Below, piece after piece: positions 12,635 to 27,900 of a stretch of DNA of 64,000 bases. Within the stretch, counting starts at the first letter, position 1; every line of letters starts with the position of its first letter. The notes below the pieces were generated by a model. The model was not told the DNA's origin and searched no databases. It worked only from the letters and a program-made list of their open reading frames with translations. The DNA lies in NCBI GenBank assembly GCA_021613535.1, contig CP075495.1, positions 13,392,001-13,456,000 on the forward strand, given 5' to 3'. Origin of the DNA: Adineta vaga. Its lineage: Eukaryota; Animalia; Rotifera. A program made the position numbers and the translations under genes.

Positions 12635-14283
12635 TTTGATTTGAATCACAATATTAATCAGAATTATATGAATGGTCGTGGTAATGGTGGCTATTCCTTA
12701 GCACAAATGGCAACACCTATAGCACCAACAATGTCGTTACCAACTCAACCTGTTGTATCAACACCGTCAAATCATACACATACACTTCTTGGACCGCGAT
12801 ATAGCGGGGGTTCAACAGGTTCAAATGTTCTTATGTTACCACCAACTCATCATCCACGTGGTGGTTCATTACCAGATTTACGTACTGAAAATACATTTCA
12901 TCATCAACCATTATCATTTTCAACAACACCATCGCCACCTTCGTCGATTACACCGACTTTTTTTCGTTCATCATCACCACAACAAAATGGTGATGGCGAT
13001 CTCTATGCTATGGTAAGATATAAATATATTCGAAATCAAAATGATCTACATTCATATGTTTAGGGTCTTCAACATCAATCACCATCAAGAATTGGACCAT
13101 TGAAACAAAGTCCAAGTAATCGTCAACGTCACAGTCCAATTGGTGAAGTTAAACAAACATCACCACGTCGACAAAATTCCCCTTCACCTGATGTTTCACC
13201 TGTAAGACGATTTGAAATCTTTTGTTTTTCTTTTGTTAAGTCACTCTTTTTTTCTCTTCATCCAGAATCAACAAACTGTTTATCGTGTTGAACCATCAAG
13301 TCCTCAATCTCAATCAAGTTATTCTCCTCAAAATTCTCCGCATCTGTTACCAAGTCCTGGAAACGACCTAGGTCCTTTTTCACCTCAACAATCTTCAGAT
13401 AATCCTCTTACTAATCAACAGCCACCCTATTTTACATTACCTACACATTTCGATCAGATTACATTAGTACGTAAAATAAGACAACTTCCATTTTTGAAAA
13501 AAGAGATTTTCTCATCTTTCTTTAGGATAACAATTTCTATACTCAGCAACAACAACAACAGCAATCATCGTCATCATCACCATCGTCACCTTCACCAGCT
13601 CTAGCATCATTATCGAATGATATAAATGGTATTCAATTGAATTATTTTCGTCCAAGAAATTTCTATCCAACCTTCGTTGATGATGTGTAAGTATTAGTTC
13701 TAGTCAAATTATTGAGTTCATCATGAAAGCAATCAATCTTTCTATGCTTTAATAATCTTTCCGTTTTTTGTTTCGATATTCATAGTGATAAACGACATAT
13801 GATCTGCTAAGTACATATATCTAGAATACTAATCTTTAGAACTAATATTAAAATTAGTAAGACACTTTGATTTTATTGTTGTTCTTTTCTTTAGTTCATC
13901 AACTTATTGTCAAACTCAAACAACAGTTACTGTGACGTCAAATGTAAATCAAAAAAGTCCAACTATTCCGAATATAATTCTAACTGGTAAATAGATTTTG
14001 TTTTCTATAAACGATTTTTCCGCATCAATTGAATATTTTTCTTATCGATATAGATGTGGATAGTTCAAAATTAGATTTGTCGAAAGAATTAGCCAATGAT
14101 TTTTCAAATGCATTCGATGGTTTAATCGATCCAAATGATTTACAATTAAATGCAGAAGATTTCGTAAGAATAATTCTTTTCCATTTTTCATCGATATAAA
14201 TTCATGTCTTTCAGTTGCTCAATGGATCCGATCTGTCAATTGATTCAAACCTTTGTAATGGTACATACCGTATGGAAAATTAA
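11770..14283 (+). CDS. CRTC: CREB-regulated transcription coactivator (CRTC/TORC), multi-exon
   Basis: TORC_N 'MSNPRKFAEKIALIHQKQAEGDAAF'; SIK/14-3-3 sites 'WRR|THSDSSLH' and 'GGSLPDL'; calcineurin PxIxIT-like 'PNIILT'; acidic C-terminal region ending 'NGTYRMEN*'. Confidence 0.93.
12566..12631 (+). repeat. CAG/CAA trinucleotide repeat encoding a polyglutamine tract in CRTC
   Basis: caacaacagcagcagcagcagcaacagcaacagcaacaacaa... in frame with the 12389-13063 ORF. Confidence 0.9.
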
Positions 14284-15207
14284 ATCAATAAACGAGTATG
14301 AAAAAAATCATGTTTATGTACAGAACGAAAAAAGAATCTCTTTGGAATATTTTATTGTGTATTTATTTCATCTAACTGATATTTAATGAGAAAAAAAAAA
14401 CTTAATGCATTGTTGAGTATGAACAAATTTTTCTCTCTCTCTCTCTTTTAATCTGTTTAGTCATTTGTTTTCTTATGTATTTGTCTGGTCAGATGCGCAC
14501 GGCGCTCAGTTACACTATCTTTCCCCTGTTGTCAAGCAAAGATTTAACGTTTGTTTTCTTTTTTTTTCGTTGGAATTGTAAAACAAAAGCAAATTTGAAA
14601 AAAAGAAAGACAAAGAGAAGAATTCAACTCAGGAAATGTTGTCTTTGTATGTCTGTGTTGTTATTCAATTTGAACATTTTACTTTTCTTTTCTGTGTGGT
14701 CTTTGCACGCTTTTATTCAGTGGTTTATCTTCTTTCTTTTCTTTTGTGTGTTGACTGTTGTGAACTATCTGCGCGAATCGCTTGATGACATCGTTAACAT
14801 GACGTATAACGCTCTCGTTTACTTATTTGTATATACGTACATATATATATATATACATTGCAGTTGGTTTTTTTTGGTCTCTCTATCTTTTCTCTTCATT
14901 TACATACATTTTTAGCTTATGAATGAAAAACTCATTTTAGTTAGGTTTCACTCGATTTTTCACCTAGATTTCTATTAATCGTTGTTTTGTATGTTTTCCA
15001 ATTCTCAGGTAGGGTCAATGAAAAATAACCTCTGCCGATTCATTTGTCATTTTCTTTTCTCTGCTCGTATTTCAATTTTGTCAATTTTCTTTATCTTTTT
15101 TTTCTTCTTTTCTCTTGTTTCTCATTGTGCTACAAATGTTTTGTTTCTGTTTTCTTTTCCCAATGTACAGCAATATTAACAACAATAAAATAAATGAAAT
15201 TGTCGAT

Positions 15208-16022
15208 TTATTGAAATAATTCATTCAATTCATCATCATTTGGAATGTCATTCATAGACTTTTCAGGATCGATAGTTGGTAATAAATCAAGCTGAAAGAA
15301 AAGAGAAAAGAAAACACTAATTATATATTCCTTTTTGAGATATTTCTATTTACTAGAATATGACTAGCTTGTTCATCATCATTTGGTATTTTTGGAATAT
15401 TTAATTTATCACGTAAATGTTGAAGTGCATTCTAGAAAGAAAGAAAGGAAAAGTAGTTGTAAGAAGCAAAGAAAAGAATTATTAATTAATATACTTTAAC
15501 AGATTTTTTACCGCCAAGATTTTCTGCTTTTTCAATGAAATCATCAAAAGCCATATGTGGAACAAGACGATGAGCCCAATATTCAAATTTATGCATTAAT
15601 GTATCAAGATCAGTAAACTAAATATAGATTAAATTTGGAGTATTACATATATTCTCTTTAAACTTACCTCATAACCTTTGCCTTTAAACTTTTCATCTTT
15701 AAAAAGATTATATAATTCATCAAGTCCCCTCGGGCCGGTCAGTCTATATTTGTACCGATCAATGAAAAAAGTACTGAATATTAAATTTTCAAAAGCATAT
15801 ATAAACATACCGATCAACATCAAGTTTTGGTCGAGGTCGTCTTGCAACTTTCTTTTTTGCAGCTTCATTTGCTTTTTTCATGACATTTTCAACGTTTTTA
15901 CTTTTTGATTCTTCTTCTTCTTCTTCACTTTCACTACGTTTAAGATTTGTATCGCTTTCATTTCCATCATCATCATCATCATTATCATTTCGTCGAAGAT
16001 CATTTATTAAATCAATATCCAT
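15208..16022 (-). CDS. TIPIN: TIMELESS-interacting protein (TIPIN/Csm3/Swi3), about 5 exons
   Basis: Swi3 domain across exons: '[11 protein letters not shown]|[25 protein letters not shown]|[41 protein letters not shown]'; acidic N-terminus. Confidence 0.92.
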
Positions 16023-16849
16023 TGTATTTGTTCTTTCTTTTAAGCGATTTATCCAAATATAAAAGAAACTAAATTCTTTATCTATTTTAGTCAATCGATA
16101 GAATAACCAATGGATATAGAAACTTTCTATCTATTGCGACATCTTTTCCATTTTCTAATCATATAGTCAGTTAGATTAGAGTTATTATAACATTCAAAGT
16201 AAAATTAATATGCAAGTAAATTGTATCTTCTGTATAATCAAACATTACATGTTCATACAAATACAAGACAAGTACCAATTAGAAAGCATTCGGAAACATT
16301 CAAGTTTTACTTGCGACTTTGACATCACTTACTCAATTAGAATACTTCTTTATATCTACTGAAAATTAGTATCTTTACATGTTCCCTTCTTCTTCTACTT
16401 CCTGTCCGCATTGCTTCACAAGAACGGATTATTAATGAGAATGTCTTTTTACTTGAATTAAATATAAAGAACACGGTAAGGAAATGCTAACTGAAGACAT
16501 TATTATTAGGATATCATTATTGAAGAGATAATTTCTCATGTTACATTTGAAAAGAAATAACAGAGAAGAGAATGAAATAGGTTTTATTTTTACTTTCATA
16601 TTGTATTCATATATATTTTTCAATTCAATAGAATGACTGATATTTTCCGAATGATCTATTGAATATATAATCATACTTAAAGACATTTAGATTAGCTTAA
16701 TCCTCGAAATATTCTAGAAATATTGAACTTAAACCTAAATGTTTATAATTAAAAGACGTAAATCAGTCTTGTGAAATGAAAGAATTCATATTTTATAGGA
16801 TATTTGATAATGGAGTTAGGAACATATTTGGTTACAAACGGATTTTCTT

Positions 16850-17850
16850 ACAACTAAACGAACAAAATGGCAGAATACTATGTCTTTCATCACTGACTTT
16901 GTCAAAGAATCATCGAATATCAAATATTCTGTCGGTACAACGAGTGTTACGGAATTTTACTTTTTCAAATTGTAAGGCGCATATTTCCTCAGCAATAAAT
17001 GGAAACTCGCTAAAACTTTTTGCTATATATAGCGTCGATTATTGGTATAAATTTCATTTTTTTCTTCTCAATGTAAAGTGAAGTTATTCAAAAAACAAAA
17101 TATCAGCCGTTATGAAATATTTCCAATGCAATGGGTCTTAGGCCTGGTTGAAAGTTTTCCGTTTTGTTCTGAACTGAAACAATAAAGAAACAAGCGTTGA
17201 GAATATCGAGTCATTTTTAGATAATCTTGGATGCATTGAATGAGAAAGATAAATATAATAACGCTGAAAAGAAGTATATTCGATAGAGTTCGTTGTATTC
17301 TATATCTGGAAGTGGCATTTAAATTACAACTATCGACAATAGAGGAGATTCAAATACATTATAACTAAGTTTTGTGACTCTCCCAGATCAAAATTTTTGA
17401 ATACATTAGATACTTTTTATATGGTGTTTCAAATAACAAATGTGTGATTAGAATATATCTTGATATAGAAGAAAAACGTTAACAAGTGAAAAAATATAAA
17501 TAACAAAATAAACGTCTCTAATAGAACTTTGTTTAGCTGCTTTTAAGTCGAGGTATACATCAATTATTTGCGGCGCAAAATCGTGTAAAACATTGTGCAA
17601 TTGAGATTGTTCGTGAATTGTAAAAAGATGAATTTTTCTCATCACTTGCATGACTTCAGATATATTAGGTGAATTTCCCGTCATACATACTTTCTCTTCA
17701 TCTTGAGAAAGCTCGACCAATTCCTTCAGGTGTGCATTATCGTCCCATGCATTGAAAGCAAGAATCAAAGAATGAATCGCAATAAATTCAGCAGCTGTTA
17801 AATGTTGACCACCAATTTTAATATAAATTAATAACGGTTTAAGTTGTTTA
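16850..17850 (-). pseudogene. Decayed coding-like sequence of unknown family
   Basis: The 106-aa ORF 17448-17768 has globular protein-like composition. Neighbouring minus-strand frames (e.g. 'NRRYIAKSFSEFPFIAEEICALQFEKVKFRNTRCTDRIFDIR*') are broken by stops, and no coherent exon chain was found. Confidence 0.3.
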
Positions 17851-20800
17851 AGAGGGATGTATGTGAGTGACTGACTGTGGTTGGATGTCTATTTTTTCCT
17901 CATTATTACCTTCACTCATGGTTGCTTTTGCACTATCTGAAAATCGATTCTATACTGATTTGAGAACGGAAGATAAGACAATACCAATTAATGAAAGTAC
18001 TCATTGTTTATTACTTCAACATGCTGATAATGCGAACAATAAGCGATCTCTAACTTTTGATGTGTGAAATGTAATTGTCATTGTTTGATTCGGATAGATT
18101 TGTATAGTCATTTTTTGTTCGCTCTTTTATTACAATTGATCGTATTGACAATTAACAAGTCACGTAAAACTAACCTTCCTCGATATATAATATTAACAAG
18201 TCATTGTCAAATTTATCATCGAGTCATCTTATTTAACAATAGAATGTAGTTTATGTTTAAATGTTGTATAAAAACGTACATGAATGACCAAGGTTAATAT
18301 GTTATGAATAGTTTAGGACAAAGCACCTTTTTCGGTGTTTTATAACGAATGAATAAAAGTGACGTGAGAAAGAAAAAAAACGAAGAATTAGACAAATAAC
18401 ATTGAAATATATGTAATCGACTAGTCAAATGTCTTGTCAATAATTGAAAAAATTGATTGATAACAAGTAGATCAGAATAAACAGATAAATTAGACATTCT
18501 ATAGACATCATTTGGAAGAACAATTTTTATGGTAAAGAAAAAGAGTATCGATATAGAAATGTTTATCTTAGTACTTGATAAAACTATCAAGTTTATCTTT
18601 TTCAGCTACGAAAACAATATAAGAGAAATTCTATTCTCATTATCAAGTGTTGACTAGTCAATTTAATATATTGATTCTTGAATTTACGATATCAAAAGGA
18701 TCTTTTCTGTTTTCGGATCATGCACTGTCGTTTTTTCATCGATTTCTAAACAATCAAATCAATCATAACCATGAAAAATGTATAGATATCAATAAGGTTA
18801 TCTCTTTGAAAACAAGACTGAAGATAATATTGAACAACGATAAAATCTTCTTCTGTTTTCTTCCTTTATTTTAACCTTCCAAAGTTTTTTCGTCTGTTAT
18901 TGTGTTGTCAATCTTTCGTCACACTTTATTAAGAATAACGTTTATCGGATCGTTTTGGTTTATTTACTTGCAAGATCGTATAATCTGTCTGATACTTTAC
19001 TTGTCTCACATATTTGATCAGTTATTTTACACTCAGCAAACAAAAGATATGCCGATATGTGCATGTGTTCTTGTTGAATTCAAGGACAACAAAGATTCTT
19101 TTTCCAATTGTGATTATAATAACATTTCAATTTTTTATTGATGAATTATTTAAAAAATAACTGCCTGCTAGGATACACAGAAACTTTTTTCAGATCGATA
19201 AAAGTAATTCTTATATTTCAATGAACGTTAACGAATGAATTTTACTATCGCATTCAAGATGATAGCTGCTGGTATTTGTTCAAGTAGAGATTTTATTGAT
19301 CTATAAACTTTCATTCGAGTGAATCAATTTTTTAGACTACTGTAGTAGAAGCCAAAGGAAAAAAAATCAAAAATGAACATTATTATTGAGTTAACCTTCC
19401 GACAGGCTAGATCAGATTGGAAAAAGTCTTGTATACATATGTTCGTTTGTCAAAAGTAATATATCAAATATATGTATATATATCTTCATCAGTACTTGTG
19501 TGTTGAGGAGAGATCACTTGCGTAATCTTCATGACATACCGTATATATGTGAGAAAGAAAGATGTCAATCATCGTCTTATTGTTGCGCCTGCCTCTAAAT
19601 GGAATCCATATGAAAGAAGGTCATTCAGCACCTTCATCGCTTACTGCAAACGTTATTGATTAGACCTTCTCACTTTCGACTGTTACGTGCGTTCTCTCTC
19701 CTTCTCTTTCTTTTCTCTTTTTCTCTTGTTGAATGCTTGTATGATACTTTGTATATATACATGTCTTTCATCATCGATAAGGAGTAAAATGAATGAACAT
19801 ATACATGGTTTATCATCAAGATATACAAAAACATAGAGAGTAAAGTAAAACAGAGAAGACATAGACGAGACAATTTTCTTTTTTGAAGGCATTCAGATTG
19901 ATTTATGTGCATGATACTGATCAAGATTCGAATTGTTAGATGACGATACATACAGATTTATTGGAAACATGAGAGAATAGAGACGTTCGCCCATCATAAA
20001 TAGACAAGTGATTTAATGACTCGCCTATCAAACCATTTCATCAAGAGCGCCCTATGATATAGTTTAAATGAGTAACAGACTAGTGTACCTGGACATACCG
20101 TTTTGTTATTTGTTGTTATTTTGACCATCTTACATATTGTGTACATGTATACATATAGTTTTTCTCGCGTATGAGAATATGTTCTTATTACGCGCATGAT
20201 TGATTCATTAACCACCCATTGCAACGAGAGAAAAAAGAAGATGAGACGACGACACAAACCTGAATAATAACTCATCAGAATAGATGTATCTTTTTTTTTC
20301 TCTCTCGACCTCGTCGTTAATAGCCACTCATCATAACCTCCTTTATCTATGTACAATATAGGTTAGTTAAATTTATATCTATCAGATTACTAACTGACAC
20401 CACCCGAGTATTGAATACTTCTCCTTCATAACTCGACGATCACCACTAATTATCATCATCATTATTATCATCATCACTGCTGTTGATAGTGTGTAAGTAG
20501 TAGTTGTAGGTAAGTAGACATTAGTTATACATTGTCATCTAACAAAATGTCATGTCAATAGAATAAATATATACATATAGAGACATGTGAATAAAATAGT
20601 AAGCAATAAGGAAAAAAGATAAATTTTGTGATCTCATTAACTATTTTAAATGAAAAAGAAACCTTCGAAAGAAATTATTTTCATATATATAGAAGTTCTG
20701 ATGAGAAGTCATTTTAATTTTTCGTAAAGATTTGTTTTCTCTATTAACTTATTATACATAATAGGTTCATTTTCTTTTCGAACAATAAGGTAAAAAACTA

Positions 20801-21998
20801 TTTATATATATATCAACGAAGGACAGTTAGGAAACCTGTTTCTCTATTCTTGATTTGCTTCGATAAACGCTTAGATATCATTTTTCTTCCTAGCAATCGA
20901 AGGTTATCAGTCATTCGTAAGATAGAACAAGATGTGAATTCTTTTTCCGTTTATCATCTCATAGACAATCTTATCATACATATATACAAGATTTTTCTTT
21001 TATAATTATACTATACACTATTTTAGTTCCTATTTTCTTTTATATTTATATATATATATATATACATATATATGTATATATATGTATCATATTGATCAAA
21101 AGTAATCTTTACTGTTATTCTATCAGTAAAATGAAACTTGAAATCAAATAAGAGACAATTATGAAATATAGTATACACATAACCAACGCCTACATATTCT
21201 TGTCGATTTGATACAAATTGAATTAAAGTTAGTATACATGTATTACAACATTGACACACGTAGGTAGTAAATGTGTATGTGTATGTACGAAGGATATCTT
21301 TCTTTTTCGTCTTCTTTTCTAAACACTTTACAATTTATATCGATTGTACAATACATCAGAGTAAACCTATTATATGACTAATCCCTTTTTATGATGTTGC
21401 TGCCGAGAAAATTCTCTTCTCCGTTTTATTTTCTTTGTTTTGACATACTATAAATTCTTTTAACCAAAGAAAAAGTCATTGTATATAGATTTGTTTTTCG
21501 TTTTTATTTCATTCATCATTCGATTAGTATCATACAATAAGTTATTAAATTAGTAGAGAATGTTTAAATGCATAGGTTAGATATTTTTGTTAAATAAATC
21601 TTATTGTATATTTATTTGGTATGATTCACTTTTTGTTCGTCTTTTTTTTCTCTTCTTCTCTCTTTCAACTCATCATGACCGTATATTGTTCTTTCATTTT
21701 CTATTCATGGGCTAGTTTTTATTCTTTATCATATTTTTGTCACATGAATAAACTGATAATTACGACTGTACTTTTGGAAGAAGATAAATATTTCCAAACA
21801 GAGAGAAAATGAATGAACATATCTGTAGAAATACTTCTTTTTTTCGTTCTTGATGTGTTGATGACTTTATATATCTATCAAGGTAAATATCGACACAATC
21901 GATAAGTGTTACTGTTGTCCTCCTCACCACTCTTTTTCTCATTTCAATTTTATTTCTCGAGATCTTCTTTTTATTATATGTAGATTTCTAAAGTTAAT

Positions 21999-24900
21999 AT
22001 GTCACCAACGTCATTGTCATCATCTACAATTTATGATCATTTAACTATTAATTATCCTGATAAACCACAAATACCAATAAGAAATCATGTACTTTCAGTG
22101 AATACTATTCAAGATGATTCTACTCGATTTGTTCCATCAATTAGTAAATCTGATGGTAATCGTTCATTTAAAATTAAGAAAAGAAAACCAACATCCATTG
22201 ATGAACAAAACCGACGTCATACTGTAACAAATATAAATCTTTCCGAACCATCTATACGTTGCTCAGTAAGTAATCAAACATATGAGAAAATGCCTCCACA
22301 AAAACCTATACGAAAGTCAAATATTTCTGCAACATTAAAAGAAACAAGTTCGAAATATGTTCGTCAACCATTAACATCAAATATCGAAGTCAAATCAATG
22401 GATTTTCGTCCATTGATTATCAATGGTCGTCGACGATTTAATACAATATCTTCTGGAACACCAATGGTTATTATAAAAAAGAAATCTCCCTCACCAATGA
22501 ATACCATTAATCGAGATCAGGTATGCATAACATTCTTTCAATGGTATGTGCACGTTCTTCTTCATTCTTTCTTTTTCTGTACATAATTCTAGAAAGTAAT
22601 ACCACGCTCAATTCCGGTCAATATTAGTAGTAATAGTAGTAGTCGTAATACAGCAAGGGTTGTTAGTACTGTGATACCATCATCATTATCATTTTCTTCT
22701 TCATGTTCTTCTTCGGCAACTCCAGGATTGTTGACGACGAAGAGAACGCCCGTTTCTGTACCAATCCAAATTACAAAAACAAAAGAAACCAATCATCATA
22801 ATAAAACTAATACCATATCTACTACGACGATTAATAATAATAATAGTCATCATCATCATCATATAACAAATGGAAGTCCACGAGGTTATCGTTATATACA
22901 GAAACAAACGCAATATTTGAGTCCACCAACAAATATAAGATCGAAAAATTATACTCAACCATTGCCGATTCCTTCGGTAAATAAAAATGAACTTTTTTCT
23001 TCTTGTGTACTTTTCTTGATTCTGTCTGAAATTTTTCTTCATACAATGAATAAGACATTATTAAGTACATAGTAGAGACAAAAGCTCAGACAGTTCATGG
23101 TCACACAGACGGTGCTCCTTCTATCAATAAGTATACTTTTTATAGATCGTCGTAAAAGAGAACAAGATGATAATGGATAATCTTGATAGTAGTTTGCTTT
23201 TGCTTCTCTTTTCTTTTCTCAGTTGTTGGTATTATATACTCTTAGATATGTCTGTGTCTGATCATAAGCATAAGCAGTATGTGTATGTATGTATACATAT
23301 AAGATGCCTCGAGTTGTTGCATTCTTCGTTTTTTCTCTCCTTCTTTCTTCTCTTCGATTGCTCTGTCTGTGTTACATTCTCTTTGTCGCTCTTTCTTTCA
23401 TTTGCTTATCGACGCATAGTTATTTGTCGTGTGAAAAAAAGAAGGCAGATGGACGAGAGAGATTCTCTTCTCCCTATTCCATCTGCCTCTTATGTATAAG
23501 ACAGACTACCACGCGACATGCATCATACGTATTCGAACAGCTAGTTCAAGGTCATAATTTACTTGTTTGTATATCTATATATTTTAGGATAATGATTATG
23601 ATGATGATGCTATAGCTGCTGAATTATCTAGAACACCTACATCATCTTCAATCGGTGGAGATGTTAATGATTTTAATTCAACCAATATGACAGATTCACA
23701 TGTACTTCGTTTGATTCGTCGTTATGATCCAAGTAGTACGAATGATACTACTGGAGGAAGTAGTAATAAAATTGGCCGTTCACTTCAAAGTACTCGAGGT
23801 ATATGGCATACAGTTACGCCAAATTCATTATCATCGATGCCATCTCATGTTTCGACATCATTACGATCAGTTGTACCACAACGAGCTTTATCGACAGCGC
23901 ATGAAACGTATGAACCAATGCGTCAATCATCAATGCCTCGTCTTCAACGTCAACAGGCAGTTTATGATCAAGAATCACTATCATCACCAAGTACACCTAA
24001 TTCAAATCAAACATTTCCTAAATATACTTTACCACCATCACATCCTGATCTGAATATTCAATCAAATAAAATTGAACCATTAAGAATTGATATAGATCCA
24101 CCAGCAATGCCGAGAACAAATGAAAATATTGCGACATATCAACCATTGATTACTACTGGTACAAAACGTGTGTGTGCAGCAATAAGTAAATCAGAAAGAG
24201 ATTTACGTCTACAACAAGATTCATTTTCACCAACTGTACCACCATCACCAGCAATGTTTCCTATTCGACCTCCATCACCAAAAATACCGATCAATCAACA
24301 ACAAGGAAAAGAATCTTATCGACCATTACTTAATCGAAGTATAAGTTCAATGGGTATTAATAATAATACTGATGAACAAAGTATAGAGATTGATGATTTT
24401 GATGAAAATTCAGCACCAATTATTAGTAGTTCAAGTATAAAGAAACTTCAGCAGATATTTACACCTAAATCATCCATAGATTCACCAACTTCTTTATTAA
24501 CTAAACAACATCGATTGAATTCAGTTGAATCAAATCTTAATCGAAATATAAATATCAATGATACAAAATTAAATAAAACTGAATTATTCTCCTCAACAGC
24601 TTCACTTGCACCAACACTTCCAAATTCTATTCCCATTGAAACACAAAAACATCCATTGTCAAATGGTATATCAACGAAACCAACAGCAATTGTTCAAGAA
24701 AGTCTATCGACACCAACATTACTGAAACGACCTATACTACGTAGTCATAAAACTATTGACAGGTATGTAGATAGTTTTCTTCATTCTCTCTTCTAATCAA
24801 TAGACATAATAGAAACGAGAAGAAAACAAGATACAAATTTCTGTACTTGATTGACAGCTGGCTGATCACATACGTTGTTGAGTTCCTATTTTAGAAATAA

Positions 24901-27900
24901 ATGACATCAGCAGATTTATTGTCTATTATCAGTTTTTCGCCCACTACTACCTGTCGGACTATTTTTAACTATAGTCTCTAGTGTCTATCTACGTCCGTCA
25001 TCATTTGCTATCGAAGTTCATGTTTTTCAACATCTTAACGTTATCACTGATTAAGTTACATATCAAACCAATGACCGTGCTAAATATATCTCATCTTACA
25101 GTGTAAACATGCGAGCAATTGCGAAAGACAAAGACGTAGAAGAAGGAAAAGAAAATCCGATGTATTGGCGTTGAAAGTAAATGTAGAGCTATTAGTTCGA
25201 CCATATGTAATATCGCTTGAGGCATTAATAGGAGGTCGAGTGTTTCAGGTTTTTCTTTTTTCTTTCAATTATTAATGAAATAAGTATCGATCTAATTGCA
25301 TTACTTAAAGCAAAAGCGAAAAGAAAATCGACGAAACGAAAATGAAGTATTCGATGTTGTCACTCTTATGATGTCTCTTGAATTACAACATACATATACA
25401 ACTATTAATCAGTAAACATTATTCATATATCAGCTGTTAGTTACTTGAAAAATAGAGAGACACAAACAAGGTCAACTTTAAGCTTTGTCTTTTCATACAA
25501 TTGACATAAAATTCGATAAATCTGTATCAATAATCTTTGTTCATGAATTTCTAACACATTCTCTCATATTTCATGCAAATATATATATATATATGTACGT
25601 GCCATGCCTTATGCACATGTATACACAAATGCTTAACATCGAATGAGCATCTGTCTAGTGTCCATTTGAATAAAAAGAGCATCAATGCGTATACCTTTAC
25701 GATTATAGCAATGATTTGGTACATATTCAAATTGACTTTTAATCATTCATTCTAACAAAAGAACGATAAATTAAGAGAGAGAGAGAACAAAATGAAAGAA
25801 CGAAAGAACTATTCAGAAGTTTGTTTTTATTAAAATTTAACTGCAAAGATTTATTCGAAAGAATGAAGAGAAAAAAGATAAGCATGCGCTAGAATAGTAG
25901 TGATGGTTGTAGTAGTAATAGTACATTTCTTTACTTGGTGTCTGTGTGCATGTATTTTTTTGACAAGATTTTATTCTGTACATGAACAACATCATGATTC
26001 TTTATCTCGTTTTTTCTTTCCTAGTCGATAGACGATAGAGAATGAAAAGGGCACAAATCAAAAATAAATAGAAACAGATATTCTCGTTCTCTTCATCAAC
26101 GTTTGCTTATAAGTGTGATTGAATCTAAACATTCACTCCTTCTATCTATAGACTGCTGTTAGATTGAGGGATTTAGTTTTTATTTGATATCATTCATGCT
26201 CAAAGACAAGTCAGTTGTTGATCTCTCTGTCTTTCTTTCTTTCTTTCGTCGTTTTTCTTTTTCATCAATATCATACATATATATCTTACTGCGTAGCAAT
26301 CGAAGCAATTAGTTTGATTATATAAGTATAATTCTTTTGTTTTGTATCCATATATTAGATATGATTGATAGACATTTGTTTATTTCTGTAACTTTATTCT
26401 TAGTACTGAATCACTCAATCGTCTAAATCAAAGCCATCAAATGCCATCATCTGAACTTTCATATGATGCATATCGTTTTCGTCGTTTGAATGATCATGAT
26501 CAAATGACAAATGCAACAACACGTCTAAGAAATATAGCGAAAGTAGAACCTTATTCGATCAATACGAATGCGAATCGTCCATTATATCCACCATCATCAT
26601 CACAAATGACAGAAAGCACAGCAGCAGCAGCAACCACAGCAATACCACCAAAAGCACGTATTATACTTAATAGTGCAGGAAATACTCCAAGCAATACATC
26701 AACATCGTCATCAGCTGGTTCTCTCGGTGGTACAATTCGTCATCAAAATGTTCGTCATTCAGATTTTCTTTCACCGAACCCCGCCTATTTAGCTCCTGCT
26801 CCTACTATTCCTACTACCGCTCCTCCGCCTCCTCCTCTTCTTCCGTACAAATCTCAACCACATTCAAGTTCATCTTCACATCCAGTACCTCAATCAACTT
26901 CAATGCCATTTTCACATGGTCCATCGAATCGATTACCTAATAATAATAATAGTTTATTTTATAATGGGCGTTCTGCTAGCATAGCTTCATCAATAAATAC
27001 TACTCAGCAAAAGTATGGACCATCAACAAGAATTGATCTTCATCCAGTCAAAGTGAGTTATTTAAATTTAAAGAAAAGAATTACATCATCATCAAAGTAA
27101 CTTCTCTTTCTTTTTTCTCTTATAGAATACGATTCCATCTTCGACGTATCAAAATGGTAACAGTAAAGTTATTAGTAATAATAATACATATGAACAGTTC
27201 GATAATTATCCTATGCCAAGTTCATATGATTATCAACCGAGAGAATTTGCATCATCCACGACCGCAATTAATGCTTCATCAAATAATGCTCGTCAACCAG
27301 CTCAAGGATCAATACGACCAGTACTTATTGATCAACCGCAACAACAAGATGAACGATCTATTGGTGGACAACAACAATCTCGTCGTCGTTTTCAACGACG
27401 TAAACAAATGAAACGTTCAAAAAGTGCTGATCTCTATCAAGAACCTTCATCACAATCCAATTCAAGAAATCAAAATAATAATAATTATTTTTATCCATCA
27501 ACACATAATAATGAAATGAATAAACTTCTTCGACAACAACGATCAATTAGTCGTGATCCTATCGCAGGAAATGAAGGTGTAGTAGACGAAAATTTGTCGT
27601 CATCATCATCAGCATCATCATCATCGATTGGTCAGATCGAACGTGTCAATCGAGATGCTTTACTTCGTTATAAATCATTAGATTCCATGACATTTAATAA
27701 TCGAAAATTAAATTTAACTACAAAAAATAATAGTCAAAATGTTAATACACGACGAGCTGTATCAAAACCGATGAATATTGATTTTGATAGTGATGATTCA
27801 GTTTGTGGCATACCAAAACCAAGAAAGTAAGTAACCGATTTTGATTTTTCTTAGACCAAAATAGAATGCATATCTAGTTGACAGCAATTAACTTACTTTT

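Noticed and set aside
14475-15179. Hydrophobic Phe-rich ORFs after CRTC (similar ones at 40169-40594 and 23167-23615)
   Set aside because: Translations of T-rich UTR or intron sequence, with no family motifs or exon chain.
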